A stretch of DNA of 64,000 nucleotides, taken from Candidatus Omnitrophota bacterium. GTDB lineage: Bacteria; Omnitrophota; Gorgyraeia; Gygaellales; Profunditerraquicolaceae. The translations under genes were made by a program, and so were the position numbers. Below are positions 19,248-28,889 of this stretch, one piece after another. Location: assembly GCA_041651035.1 (NCBI GenBank), contig JBAZKC010000003.1:133153-197152 (forward strand), read 5' to 3'. The notes under the pieces were generated by a model, which searched no databases, had not been told where the DNA came from, and saw nothing but the letters and a program-made list of their open reading frames with translations. The first letter of the stretch is position 1. Each line of letters starts with the position of its first letter.

Positions 19248-19715
19248 ATGGTGAAGATAGTAGAAGGCAATTTGATTGCCAAGGGTAAGAAATTCGGTAT
19301 TGTTGCTTCGCGGTTTAATGATTTTATCACCAAGGAATTAATCTCCGGCTGTATTGACGCGCTGGTAAGGCACGGGGCTGAAGATAAAGACCTCAAGACG
19401 GTCTGGGTTCCGGGCGCCTTTGAGATACCTTTAGTCGCCCAAAGGTTAGCTAAGTCTAAATCATACGATGCCGTAATATGCCTGGGGACGGTTATCCGCG
19501 GTTCAACCCCGCATTTTGATTATATTGCCCAGGAAGTATCTAAAGGGATAGCCCGAGTTGCGCAGGATACGGGAGTGCCGGTGATCTTTGGCGTTATAAC
19601 CGCCGATACGATCGAACAGGCGATCGAACGCGCGGGCACAAAAGAAGGCAACAAAGGCCAGGATGCCGCGTTATCCGCTATTGAAATGGCAAACCTGTTA
19701 ACGCAGATAAAATAA
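19248..19715 (+). CDS. ribH: 6,7-dimethyl-8-ribityllumazine synthase
   Basis: Lumazine synthase family, 155 aa; AGGAGG RBS. Confidence 0.9.
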   Translation: MVKIVEGNLIAKGKKFGIVASRFNDFITKELISGCIDALVRHGAEDKDLKTVWVPGAFEIPLVAQRLAKSKSYDAVICLGTVIRGSTPHFDYIAQEVSKGIARVAQDTGVPVIFGVITADTIEQAIERAGTKEGNKGQDAALSAIEMANLLTQIK

Positions 19716-19718
19716 TAT

Positions 19719-20135
19719 ATGGGTAAACGCACTCGCAGCAGGGAATACGCTTTACAGATCCTTTATCAGGTGGATATCACCCATGATAATTGCGACGCGT
19801 CGCTGGCTAATTTCTGGCAGGCGCGCAGCGAAGAGTGCATTGAAGAGGAAATAAAGAATTTTACCGCGGAACTTGTCTCTGGCGTAGCGCGGAATATAAG
19901 CGTGATAGACGTAAATATATCTAAATACGCTGCTAATTGGAAGCTGGAACGCATGGCAGTGGTAGACAGAAATATACTGCGGATGAGCTGTTTTGAGCTC
20001 ATGTTCCGTAAGGATATCCCGCCAAAAGTCTCTATCAATGAAGCGGTAGAGCTTGCCAAGAAATACTCGGGCTCCGAAGCAAGTAAATTTGTCAATGCCA
20101 TACTGGATAAGATAAAATTAGAGAAGGATAAATGA
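19719..20135 (+). CDS. nusB: Transcription antitermination factor NusB
   Basis: NusB family, 138 aa; classic ribH-nusB linkage. Confidence 0.85.
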   Translation: MGKRTRSREYALQILYQVDITHDNCDASLANFWQARSEECIEEEIKNFTAELVSGVARNISVIDVNISKYAANWKLERMAVVDRNILRMSCFELMFRKDIPPKVSINEAVELAKKYSGSEASKFVNAILDKIKLEKDK

Positions 20136-20974
20136 GCCCCGAAGTAAAGTACGCAGACCTGCATTTGCATACCATGTTCTCCGACGGAACATACAGCCCC
20201 GAGGAACTTATTTCCGGAAGCAGGAAGGCCGGGTTATCGGCGGTCTCGGTTGTAGACCATGATACGGTTGACGGCGTGGGACCGTCTATGGAAATAGCAA
20301 AAACGCAGGGCATTGAAGTCTTATCCGGTATAGAGCTTAGCGCTGAATACGAAGGCTTAGAGATACATATTTTAGGTTACCTGATAGACCAGGAGAATAA
20401 AGATTTACTGGCTAAACTTGAGGTTTTAAGAGAGAACAGGATAGCCCGTGTCTATAAAATAGTAGGCAAGCTAAAGGACATGGGTGTAGACTTAAATCCC
20501 CAGGCGGTATTTGATATCTCCGGGCCGGGTACGGCAGGGAGGCTGCATATTGCCAGGGCCCTGGTTTTAGAAGGCAAGGTGAAATCTGTATTTGAGGCCT
20601 TTCAGAAATATATCGGAGATAGATGCCCTGCTTACGTCCTGGGTTTTAAGTTTTCTCCCAGTGAAGCAATAAAAGTAATTAAGGATGCCGGCGGTATTCC
20701 GGTTTTAGCCCATCCTTATCTTATTAAGGATGACGATGTGATCTCTAAATTTATAGATTGCGGGCTAATGGGGTTGGAGGCATATTATCCTGAACATACG
20801 CAGTCAATGGTTAACTTTTATCTTAATTTAGCAAGAAAGCATGATTTATTGGTTACCGGCGGTTCAGACTGCCATGGTAAAGCCAAGCCAGAGGTTAAGA
20901 TCGGGTCTGTTAAGATACCTTATGAATTAGTCGAGAGATTAAAATCCGCTAAGAATAAAAGAGAAGGTGTTTAA
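20132..20974 (+). CDS. PHP-domain phosphoesterase, TrpH/YciV (RNase AM)-like
   Basis: N-terminal DLHLHTxxSDG metal site; overall YciV/TrpH-like layout; 4-nt overlap with the nusB stop. Confidence 0.7.
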   Translation: MSPEVKYADLHLHTMFSDGTYSPEELISGSRKAGLSAVSVVDHDTVDGVGPSMEIAKTQGIEVLSGIELSAEYEGLEIHILGYLIDQENKDLLAKLEVLRENRIARVYKIVGKLKDMGVDLNPQAVFDISGPGTAGRLHIARALVLEGKVKSVFEAFQKYIGDRCPAYVLGFKFSPSEAIKVIKDAGGIPVLAHPYLIKDDDVISKFIDCGLMGLEAYYPEHTQSMVNFYLNLARKHDLLVTGGSDCHGKAKPEVKIGSVKIPYELVERLKSAKNKREGV

Positions 20975-22066
20975 GTGAAAAAGAGCCATGAATATTTTAT
21001 GAATATAGCTATGCGCCTGGCTTTAAAGGCAAAAGGCATGACTTCGCCTAACCCCGTAGTAGGTGCGCTGGTTGTAAGAAAAGGCAGGATTGTGGGTAAG
21101 GGTTATCATAAGAAGGCGGGGACGAGCCACGCGGAAGTTATCGCTCTGGATGAAGCGGGGAAAGCCGCCGTAGGCGCAACGCTGTATGTTACTCTTGAAC
21201 CCTGCGCGCATTTCGGCAGGACACCTTCCTGCGCGGGCAGAATAATCAGGAGCGGCTTAAAAGAAATCATCGTAGGCATGATCGATCCCAATCCTTTAAA
21301 TAACGGCAAAGGCATTGATATAATAAGGCAGCACGGAATAAAAGTCCAGGCGGGGTTTCTGGAGGATAAATTAAAGAGGATAAACGAGCCTTTTGTTAAA
21401 TATATTTCCAAAAGAATGCCTTTTGTCACAGTCAAGGTAGCGCAATCTTTAGACGGAAAGATCGCCACAAAACGCGGCGATTCTAAATGGATAACTTCTG
21501 ATAAGTCGCGTTCTTTTGCCCATCGCATACGCCGTGATTATGATGCTGTTATGGTGGGGGTCAATACAGTGTTAAGAGACAATCCCCGTCTCGACGCCTG
21601 GTTTTCCCTTAAGCAACCCATAAAGATCATCGTGGACAGCCAGTTAAGCACGCCGGCGGACTCCAATATATTTTCCGCCTCCAGCCAGGTGATAATCGCC
21701 ACTTTGCCTTCCCGGCCCGGGCAGGAAACAGAAAATGGGAAGATCCTGGCTCAGAAAGCCAAGATCTTAGAGGTTAAAGAAAAAGCCGGGCAAGTCAACC
21801 TTAAGGACATGATGAAGAAGCTGGCGCGGATGGAGATAACAAATATACTGGTAGAAGGGGGAGGGACGTTGATCGGTTCGCTCTTTGACGAGGGGCTTAT
21901 AGATAAAATGTTGTTTTTCATAAGCCCGAAGATCATCGGAGGCAAAGAGGCGATCAGCTCGGTAATGGGTAAGGGAGTTACGCGCATAGACAAGGCAGTC
22001 AAATTAAAAGATATCAAGTACAGGCAAAGCGGGGAAGATTTCTTGATAGAAGGATATATAAGGTAA
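20975..22066 (+). CDS. ribD: Bifunctional diaminohydroxyphosphoribosylaminopyrimidine deaminase / 5-amino-6-(5-phosphoribosylamino)uracil reductase (GTG start)
   Basis: CMP/dCMP deaminase zinc motif HAE...PCxxC plus C-terminal RibG reductase domain. Confidence 0.9.
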   Translation: MKKSHEYFMNIAMRLALKAKGMTSPNPVVGALVVRKGRIVGKGYHKKAGTSHAEVIALDEAGKAAVGATLYVTLEPCAHFGRTPSCAGRIIRSGLKEIIVGMIDPNPLNNGKGIDIIRQHGIKVQAGFLEDKLKRINEPFVKYISKRMPFVTVKVAQSLDGKIATKRGDSKWITSDKSRSFAHRIRRDYDAVMVGVNTVLRDNPRLDAWFSLKQPIKIIVDSQLSTPADSNIFSASSQVIIATLPSRPGQETENGKILAQKAKILEVKEKAGQVNLKDMMKKLARMEITNILVEGGGTLIGSLFDEGLIDKMLFFISPKIIGGKEAISSVMGKGVTRIDKAVKLKDIKYRQSGEDFLIEGYIR

Positions 22067-22073
22067 ATCCAAA

Positions 22074-22658
22074 ATGTTTACCGGCATAATCGAAGAATTA
22101 GGCGAAGTAAAGAATATATCTAAACGCCTGAATACAACCCTGGAGATACAGGCAGAGAAAGTATTAGAAGGCGTTAAGACAGGCGACAGTATTTCCGTAA
22201 ACGGCGCCTGCCTTACGGTAATAAAGAAAACCACGCGTTCTTTGGTTTTTGAAGCTATGCCTGAGACTTTAAGGGCTACTAATTTAGGCGCTTTAAGGAT
22301 CACGGATAAAGTCAATCTTGAGCGCAGTTTAAAAGTCGGGGACAGGCTGTCCGGGCATTTTGTGACCGGCCATATCGATTGCGCCGGCGTCATCCGTAAG
22401 AAAAGTTATATAAATAATAATCTGTGTTTTGAAATAGCAATTCCCGCGCAATTCCTGAAATATTTCCTGCCCAAGGGCTCGGTTGCCGTAGACGGCATAA
22501 GCCTGACCCTGGTTAATCAAAGGTCCGGCGCTATCACTGTTTATATCATTCCTCATACCCTTAAAAATACCACGTTGATGTTTAAAGGCCCGTCTGATAA
22601 AGTTAATATTGAATTCGATATTCTCACTAAAAAGGGGCTCTATTTGCCGCGTTTCTAG
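22074..22658 (+). CDS. ribE: Riboflavin synthase alpha subunit
   Basis: MFTGIIEE N-terminus; two lumazine-binding repeats. Confidence 0.9.
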   Translation: MFTGIIEELGEVKNISKRLNTTLEIQAEKVLEGVKTGDSISVNGACLTVIKKTTRSLVFEAMPETLRATNLGALRITDKVNLERSLKVGDRLSGHFVTGHIDCAGVIRKKSYINNNLCFEIAIPAQFLKYFLPKGSVAVDGISLTLVNQRSGAITVYIIPHTLKNTTLMFKGPSDKVNIEFDILTKKGLYLPRF

Positions 22659-22734
22659 TAGAGTTCTGCGCTATTGCTAATCCCGCCAAATTTTGATATA
22701 CTACAATGATAATCGCGGTTGGCAAGTTTAAAAA

Positions 22735-22808
22735 CGGGGCGTGGCTCAGTTTGGTAGAGCGCTTGGTTCGGGACCAAGAGGTCGTGCGTTCAAGTCGCAC
22801 CGCCCCGA
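22735..22808 (+). tRNA. tRNA-Pro (anticodon CGG); CCA not encoded
   Basis: Cloverleaf: acceptor CGGGGCG/CGCCCCG with C1-G72 and discriminator A73, D-stem GCTC/GAGC, anticodon stem CTTGG/CCAAG with loop TTCGGGA, T-arm GTGCG-TTCAAGT-CGCAC. Confidence 0.85.
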
Positions 22809-22815
22809 CGTATTT

Positions 22816-23088
22816 ATGAAAAAGCGGGTTCATGTTTATTATAGCGGACAGGTGCAGGGGGTGGGTTTTCGTTTTACCGCCGAAAGCATGGCCCATACCT
22901 TAGGAGTTACCGGCTGGGTTAAGAACTTAGGCGACGGAAGAGTAGAGATCACAGCTGAAGCAGAAGAAGACACCTTAAAGCGTTTTTTAGAGAATACGCG
23001 TCAGCATTTCGCAGTATACATTCAGGCTGTAGATGCGGATTGGTCCCCGGCTACAGGTGAATTTAACTATTTTGGTATTGAATTCTAA
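22816..23088 (+). CDS. acyP: Acylphosphatase. The ORF-track version starting at 22741 overlaps the tRNA and is an artefact.
   Basis: Acylphosphatase motifs VxGxVQGVxFR and GWVxNxxDGxVE; about 90 aa. Confidence 0.8.
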   Translation: MKKRVHVYYSGQVQGVGFRFTAESMAHTLGVTGWVKNLGDGRVEITAEAEEDTLKRFLENTRQHFAVYIQAVDADWSPATGEFNYFGIEF

Positions 23089-23143
23089 ATACATCCTTCC
23101 TTAATCCTTGACTAAAGAAACTTACTGTGAAATATAAATAAAG

Positions 23144-25171
23144 ATGCCCGGTAATATAAAAAATAAAATTGAAAGTTTAAGGCAGAAGATCCGGCGCCAC
23201 GATAATTTGTATTATGTATTAAGCCAGCCGGAGATTTCAGACAGAGAATACGATCTGTTAATGGAAGAGCTTAAGGGGTTAGAGGATAAATACCCGGAAT
23301 TTAAGGCCGGGAATTCTCCGACAGCGCGGGTAAGCGGCGGCATCCTGGAAGGATTTAAAATAGTCAGGCACAAGCAGAAGATGCTGTCTTTGGATAATAC
23401 CTATTCTTTTGAAGAGTTAGGGGATTGGGCCAAGCGGGTGCGTAAGGGGCTGCGCTCAAACGAAAAGGCCGAATACGTAGTAGAGCATAAGATAGACGGC
23501 GTAAGCGCGAATTTAACCTACGAGAAAGGAAAGCTGGCTATCGGAGCAACCCGGGGCGATGGCGAAACAGGCGAAGACGTGACGCAAAACATAAAGGTTA
23601 TAAGCGGCATACCTGAATATTTGCGCGGAAATAATATTCCTGATTTTATTGAGATACGCGGCGAGGTTTACATGGAAAGAAAAGTCCTCAAAGCCTTAAA
23701 CAAGGAAAGAAAAAAAGAAGGAGAACCGGTATTTGCTAATCCGCGTAATGCTACCAGCGGCTCTCTAAAACTTTTAGATGCAGATATTGTGGCTAAAAGG
23801 AGGCTCAATTTTTTTGCCCATTCCTTAGGCGAATGCCGGGGGTTTGAGATCCAGAGCCATTGGGGGTTTTTGGAGAAATTAAGGGAATGGGGCATGCCTG
23901 TTAACCCTGATTCTAAGCTTTGCTATGGCTTAGATGAGGCGATAAATTATTGTAAGATATGGCAGGAAGAAAGAGAAAGCTTAAGTTATGACGCGGATGG
24001 TGTAGTGGTTAAGCTTAATAGCATAGCCGGGCAAAAAAGGCTGGGTTTTACTTTAAAGAGTCCCCGTTGGGCGGTAGCTTACAAATTTCCCGCACGCCAG
24101 GCAACCACCGTAGTTAAGGATATTGTCCCTCAAGTAGGTAGAACAGGCGTAATTACACCTGTTGCCGAGCTTGAAGAAGTAGAGTGCGGCGGAGTTAAAA
24201 TTAAACACGCTACTCTGCATAATTTTGACGAGATCAAACGCCTGAATATCAAGATCGGCGACCGCGTATTGATCGAGCGGGCCGGAGATGTGATCCCTAA
24301 GGTAGTTAAGGTTGTAAACAGGCAGGGAAAAGGGTCATTTAGAATACCCAGAGCTTGTCCGATATGCAAAGGCAAAGTAGTAAAAGAAAAAGAAGAAGAT
24401 GTAGCGTATCGTTGCATCAATCCTTTGTGTCCCGCGCAGCTTGAACGCGGGCTCCTTCATTTTGCCTCCCGGGGAGCAATGGATATTGAAGGAATGGGTG
24501 AATCGCTGATCAACCAATTGGTCAAATTAAGATTAGTGCGTAATTTTGCCGATATATATAATAAGCTGAATGAAGATAATTTATCCAAATTAGAATTGTT
24601 TAAGGAGAAAAAGATAAATAATCTGCTTGCATCTATAGGAAGGAGCAAGAGGCAGCCTTTATCCCGGCTTATCTATGCCTTGGGTATCCGCCACGTGGGT
24701 GAAAAGGCGGGCTTTGTTTTAGCCAGGCAATTTAAAACAATGGATAACCTGATGCGGGCAAAGAAAGAAGGCCTGGATGCGATATACGAAGTCGGCTCGG
24801 TAATGGCGGGTTCTATCGTGGATTTCTTTTCCCAGCCCCAGACGCAGGATATGATTAAGGAGCTGAACAAAGCCGGGTTAAATTTTAAAGAGGATGCAGG
24901 CGAAATAAAAGCAACCGTGTTATCAGGAAAAACCATAGTGTTTACAGGCGAGCTAAAGGAATATAGGCGCAGCCAGGCAGAAGAATTGGCGCGCCGGCTT
25001 GGCGGTAATTCGTCCTCAGTCGTAAGCAAGAATACGGATTTCCTGGTAATAGGCGATAATCCCGGCTCAAAATATGATAAGGCAAAGAAATTAGGCGTAA
25101 AGATCATTGATGAGCGGGAATTTTCCCATCTTATATCTTCTATACAGAAGGAGATGTTGAATGAAATTTAA
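23144..25171 (+). CDS. ligA: NAD-dependent DNA ligase
   Basis: KxDG adenylation motif (EHKIDGVS), Zn-finger Cys4, HhH and BRCT domains. Confidence 0.95.
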   Translation: MPGNIKNKIESLRQKIRRHDNLYYVLSQPEISDREYDLLMEELKGLEDKYPEFKAGNSPTARVSGGILEGFKIVRHKQKMLSLDNTYSFEELGDWAKRVRKGLRSNEKAEYVVEHKIDGVSANLTYEKGKLAIGATRGDGETGEDVTQNIKVISGIPEYLRGNNIPDFIEIRGEVYMERKVLKALNKERKKEGEPVFANPRNATSGSLKLLDADIVAKRRLNFFAHSLGECRGFEIQSHWGFLEKLREWGMPVNPDSKLCYGLDEAINYCKIWQEERESLSYDADGVVVKLNSIAGQKRLGFTLKSPRWAVAYKFPARQATTVVKDIVPQVGRTGVITPVAELEEVECGGVKIKHATLHNFDEIKRLNIKIGDRVLIERAGDVIPKVVKVVNRQGKGSFRIPRACPICKGKVVKEKEEDVAYRCINPLCPAQLERGLLHFASRGAMDIEGMGESLINQLVKLRLVRNFADIYNKLNEDNLSKLELFKEKKINNLLASIGRSKRQPLSRLIYALGIRHVGEKAGFVLARQFKTMDNLMRAKKEGLDAIYEVGSVMAGSIVDFFSQPQTQDMIKELNKAGLNFKEDAGEIKATVLSGKTIVFTGELKEYRRSQAEELARRLGGNSSSVVSKNTDFLVIGDNPGSKYDKAKKLGVKIIDEREFSHLISSIQKEMLNEI

Positions 25172-25652
25172 AGCTGTGTTATCGGTTATTGTTTCTCTGT
25201 TACTGGTCACTTCAATGGGCTGTGAAAGTTTCACGCGTAAGTTTACCCGCAAATCAAAGAAAGACAAAGGCACCCAGGAGATGGTCCTGTCGCCTGAAGA
25301 ATACAAAGGGCCGCAGGCAAGCAAGGAAGAAATCTACCGGCAATATTTCCTGTTCTGGAAGTCCTGGCATGATGAACTCATAGAGGCGCTGTTACAGGGC
25401 AAAAGCCCTAAGAAACAAATTGACTGCAGCCAGGAGGCGATAAATAACCTTGTTAATTTAAAAGCCCTTCTGCATATGGACATGCAGAATAGATTGGATG
25501 TCTATATCGGGCAGTTAAAAGAGTTGCAGGATCAGATCAAAAAAGACCCCTACGGCAGTTATGCCACAATGAATACCCGAAAGGCGGAGCGCATAAAAAT
25601 GCGTATCCTTAGGGATTTCTCTTACAATAAAATAAAAAATTATCTGCTATGA
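25161..25652 (+). CDS. Hypothetical secreted/lipoprotein-like protein
   Basis: Signal peptide ending LVTSMGC (lipobox-like); no recognisable catalytic motifs. Confidence 0.4.
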   Translation: MKFKAVLSVIVSLLLVTSMGCESFTRKFTRKSKKDKGTQEMVLSPEEYKGPQASKEEIYRQYFLFWKSWHDELIEALLQGKSPKKQIDCSQEAINNLVNLKALLHMDMQNRLDVYIGQLKELQDQIKKDPYGSYATMNTRKAERIKMRILRDFSYNKIKNYLL

Positions 25653-26269
25653 TCTTAGAGACTGTCTGCGTAGGCCCGATGCAGGTCAATTGTTATATCT
25701 TAGCGTTGCGGGAAGATTCTCCGGCGATAATTATTGATCCCGGAGGCCAGGCGCGAAAGATCAGGCAGGCCCTGGATAAACATAAGTTAAAACCGGCTTT
25801 TATTATCAATACGCACGGCCATTATGACCATATCGGAAGTGACGATGAATTCGGCGTGCCTGTTTATGTGCATAATAAAGACCTGGCGTTATTAAAAGAC
25901 CCGCGGCTTAATCTATCGGGTTTATTTGCTTTACCTTGCCGTGTTAACGCTGAAATAAAGATATTAGAGGACGGCCAGAATATCGGGTTAGAAGGCTTGC
26001 AATTAGAGGTTTTGCATGTGCCGGGGCATACCGCAGGAGGTATCGCGTTGCGGATGATCAAGCCAGGTGCTAAGATCGTATTCACCGGGGATAGCTTATT
26101 TTGCCGGTCTATCGGCAGGTCTGATCTGGATGGCGGGGACGAGGCACTTTTGATAAAAACAATAAAAGAGAAACTGCTAACCTTATCCGATGATACGCTT
26201 ATATATCCCGGCCACGGGCCGTCTTCCACCATAGGGGAAGAAAAGAAAAGCAACCCTTTCCTGACATGA
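25649..26269 (+). CDS. MBL-fold metallo-hydrolase (glyoxalase II-like)
   Basis: HxHxDH motif (HGHYDHIG) and downstream His/Asp ligands. Confidence 0.75.
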   Translation: MILETVCVGPMQVNCYILALREDSPAIIIDPGGQARKIRQALDKHKLKPAFIINTHGHYDHIGSDDEFGVPVYVHNKDLALLKDPRLNLSGLFALPCRVNAEIKILEDGQNIGLEGLQLEVLHVPGHTAGGIALRMIKPGAKIVFTGDSLFCRSIGRSDLDGGDEALLIKTIKEKLLTLSDDTLIYPGHGPSSTIGEEKKSNPFLT

Positions 26270-27153
26270 AAGAGCTCATTGATACATTCTTAAACTATCT
26301 ATCTGTTGAGCGCGGCTTAGCCAGGAATACCATAATCGCCTACCGCGAAGACCTTAATTCTTATATAGATTTCATAATCAAGTCCCATATAGACGCTTTA
26401 TCGAAGATAACAAAGAACGATATAGTAAATTTTATGCTCGATCAGAAAGATAAGGGAATATCCGCTAATTCTATCGCCCGCCGCCTGGCAGCTATGCGTA
26501 TGTTCCACAGGTTCCTGGCCAGAGAAAAGATCTTAAAAGGCGATGCTACCAGCTTGATAGATTCTCCCAGGCTATGGAAAAAGGTGCCTGATACGCTATC
26601 TTTAAATGAGGTGGAGGCATTGATCGCCCAGCCCGATATCAGGGATAAACAGGGGATAAGGGACAGGGCGATATTGGAAATACTTTATGCCACGGGTATG
26701 CGCGTATCTGAGGCGGTAAACCTTAGGGCGGATAACGTCAATTTAGATATCGGATTCTTACGCTGTATCGGCAAAGGCAATAAAGAGCGGGTCATACCGT
26801 TAGGCAAGAAAGCCATAAGCAGCATCCAAAGATATTTAATCTCCAGCAGGCCGCATTTTCTAAAGAATAAAGAATCGGAATTCATGTTCTTAAACCGGTT
26901 TGGTAAAAAGATATCCCGGCAATCCTTATGGAAGCTCCTTAAAAAATATGCCCGGCAGGCAAAGATCAAGAAAACCATAAAGCCGCACATATTAAGGCAT
27001 TCTTTTGCCACGCATTTATTGGAAAGGGGGGCAGACCTGCGGTCTGTCCAGGAAATGCTCGGGCATTCTAATATTTCCACAACCCAGATCTACACGCATA
27101 TAAATAAAGACAGGCTTAAGACGGTACACCGTATGTTTCATCCGCGGCCGTAA
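26266..27153 (+). CDS. xerD: Tyrosine site-specific recombinase XerC/XerD family
   Basis: N-terminal SAM-like domain; catalytic R...HxxR...Y (LGHSNISTTQIYTH). Confidence 0.8.
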   Translation: MKELIDTFLNYLSVERGLARNTIIAYREDLNSYIDFIIKSHIDALSKITKNDIVNFMLDQKDKGISANSIARRLAAMRMFHRFLAREKILKGDATSLIDSPRLWKKVPDTLSLNEVEALIAQPDIRDKQGIRDRAILEILYATGMRVSEAVNLRADNVNLDIGFLRCIGKGNKERVIPLGKKAISSIQRYLISSRPHFLKNKESEFMFLNRFGKKISRQSLWKLLKKYARQAKIKKTIKPHILRHSFATHLLERGADLRSVQEMLGHSNISTTQIYTHINKDRLKTVHRMFHPRP

Positions 27154-27196
27154 AAAAGAAGTATATAGCAGGTAGTATGTAGTATATAGGGGCAGA

Positions 27197-28501
27197 ATGA
27201 ATATGAGAAAATATCTAAAGAAAATACCTCAGGAATTGAAGGATCTGATAAACAAGGCGCGGGATATCTCCGATAAGAAAAACTTAAAGGTGTATCTTGT
27301 GGGTGGATTTGTGCGGGATTTGATCCTGGGGATAGAAAATCTCGATTTAGATATAGTAGTAGAAGGCGACGGTATTAATTTTGCCGAGGCTCTGGCGGCG
27401 GCATCAAAAGGAAAGCTTACCAGGCATAGAAGGTTCGGTACCGCTACGGTCATGCTTCATCGCGGATTAAAGATCGATATCGCCACCGCCCGTAAAGAAA
27501 GCTATCCGTTCCCGGGGAGCCTGCCGGAAGTTACCCCGGGTTCTTTGAAGGATGATCTTCTGCGCCGGGATTTTACGATCAATGCCATGGCCATGGGCAT
27601 CACCGGACGGGCCTTTGGTAAAGTCATCGATATTTTCGACGGGCAGAGAGACTTAAAAGAAGGCAAGGTAGGCGTATTGCATGATCTAAGTTTCCTGGAT
27701 GATCCTACCCGGATATTGCGGGCGATCCGCTTTGAGCAAAGATTAAATTTTAAGATAGAAAAGCATACGCTTGAACTGTTAAAAGAGGCTTCCCGGAAAA
27801 AGATGCTTAACAGGGTCGAGCCGCAGAGATTACGCGATGAATTGATCCTGGTGTTAAAAGAAAAAGAACCCTTGCGCCAGTTAAAACGGATCAAGTCTTT
27901 AACCGGATTTAGTTTTATCAGCCCGCGTTTATCGCTTGGCGGGAAGCAATATAGTGTATTAAGGTCAGTTAACCGGCAGATCGCCTGGTTTAAAAATAAA
28001 CATTATGCCCGCCGGAGATTGGATGATTGGATCATTTATCTGATGGGGCTGACCGATACGCTTGATCCCAAGAGGCTTAAGTCGGTTTGTGAAATATTCG
28101 CTTTTACCGGAGGCGAACAAAAAAGGATGCTTGGTTATAAGAAATTAAGCCGGATGATCTCCCGTAAGTTGGCGCGTCCGGGGATCAAGCCGTCGGAGGT
28201 CTTTAGCCTGCTTGAGCCTTTAAGTTACGAGACGATAATAATGATAAAGTCCAAATACAGGACCCCGGCCGTCCAGAGGCATATAGAAGATTTCTTCGCG
28301 GTTTATAACGGGATGCGCCCGCATGTCCGCGGGGATGACCTGCGCAGGCTGGGAGTTTTACCGGGCCCGCATTATAAGAAGATATTCTCCCGGGTCTTAC
28401 AGGAGAAATTAAACGGCCGGCTCAGCACAAAAGAAGAAGAGTTGTCCTTGATCGCTAAATTAGCCGCTAAAGGAATACACCGAGGGCGTTTTACGCCGTA
28501 A
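27197..28501 (+). CDS. CCA-adding tRNA nucleotidyltransferase / poly(A) polymerase family protein
   Basis: Pol-beta-like head with GGxVRD, DxD (DLDIVVEGD) and RRDFTINA motifs. Confidence 0.6.
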   Translation: MNMRKYLKKIPQELKDLINKARDISDKKNLKVYLVGGFVRDLILGIENLDLDIVVEGDGINFAEALAAASKGKLTRHRRFGTATVMLHRGLKIDIATARKESYPFPGSLPEVTPGSLKDDLLRRDFTINAMAMGITGRAFGKVIDIFDGQRDLKEGKVGVLHDLSFLDDPTRILRAIRFEQRLNFKIEKHTLELLKEASRKKMLNRVEPQRLRDELILVLKEKEPLRQLKRIKSLTGFSFISPRLSLGGKQYSVLRSVNRQIAWFKNKHYARRRLDDWIIYLMGLTDTLDPKRLKSVCEIFAFTGGEQKRMLGYKKLSRMISRKLARPGIKPSEVFSLLEPLSYETIIMIKSKYRTPAVQRHIEDFFAVYNGMRPHVRGDDLRRLGVLPGPHYKKIFSRVLQEKLNGRLSTKEEELSLIAKLAAKGIHRGRFTP

Positions 28502-28529
28502 TTGATAAAACTTAAGAATGGAGTTTAAG

Positions 28530-28889
28530 ATGTCAAGAAGAGACAGAGTTGCTGAAGCGATAAGAGAAGAAGTCAGTTTGATCTTACATGAAGAATTAAA
28601 TGATCCTCGTTTAGGGTTTGTTACTATTACCAGGGTAGAATTAACGCAGGATTTAAGGAGCGCTAAGATATTCTTTAGCGTCTTGGGTAAAGAGAAGGAA
28701 CAGAAGAAGACAAAAGAGGCCCTGGATTCAGCTCTGGGTTTTATCCGCAAGCTAATAGCCGAGAGGATCAACTTGCGGATCGCCCCGGAGATTATTTTTA
28801 GAGAGGATAAAACCACCGAATACAGCGTAAGGATCCAGGAAGTATTAGAAGAGATAAAGGAGCTAAATGAGCATAAAGAAAGCAGCTGA
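28530..28889 (+). CDS. rbfA: Ribosome-binding factor A. Start is the ATG at 28530 with GGAG RBS; the ORF-track start at 28518 is probably too long.
   Basis: RbfA KH-like family, about 120 aa. Confidence 0.8.
   Translation: MSRRDRVAEAIREEVSLILHEELNDPRLGFVTITRVELTQDLRSAKIFFSVLGKEKEQKKTKEALDSALGFIRKLIAERINLRIAPEIIFREDKTTEYSVRIQEVLEEIKELNEHKESS

Noticed and set aside
22741-23088. 115-aa ORF-track version of the acylphosphatase gene beginning inside the tRNA-Pro
   Set aside because: The N-terminal 25 aa are translated tRNA sequence. The true acyP start is the ATG at 22816, 7 nt after the tRNA.
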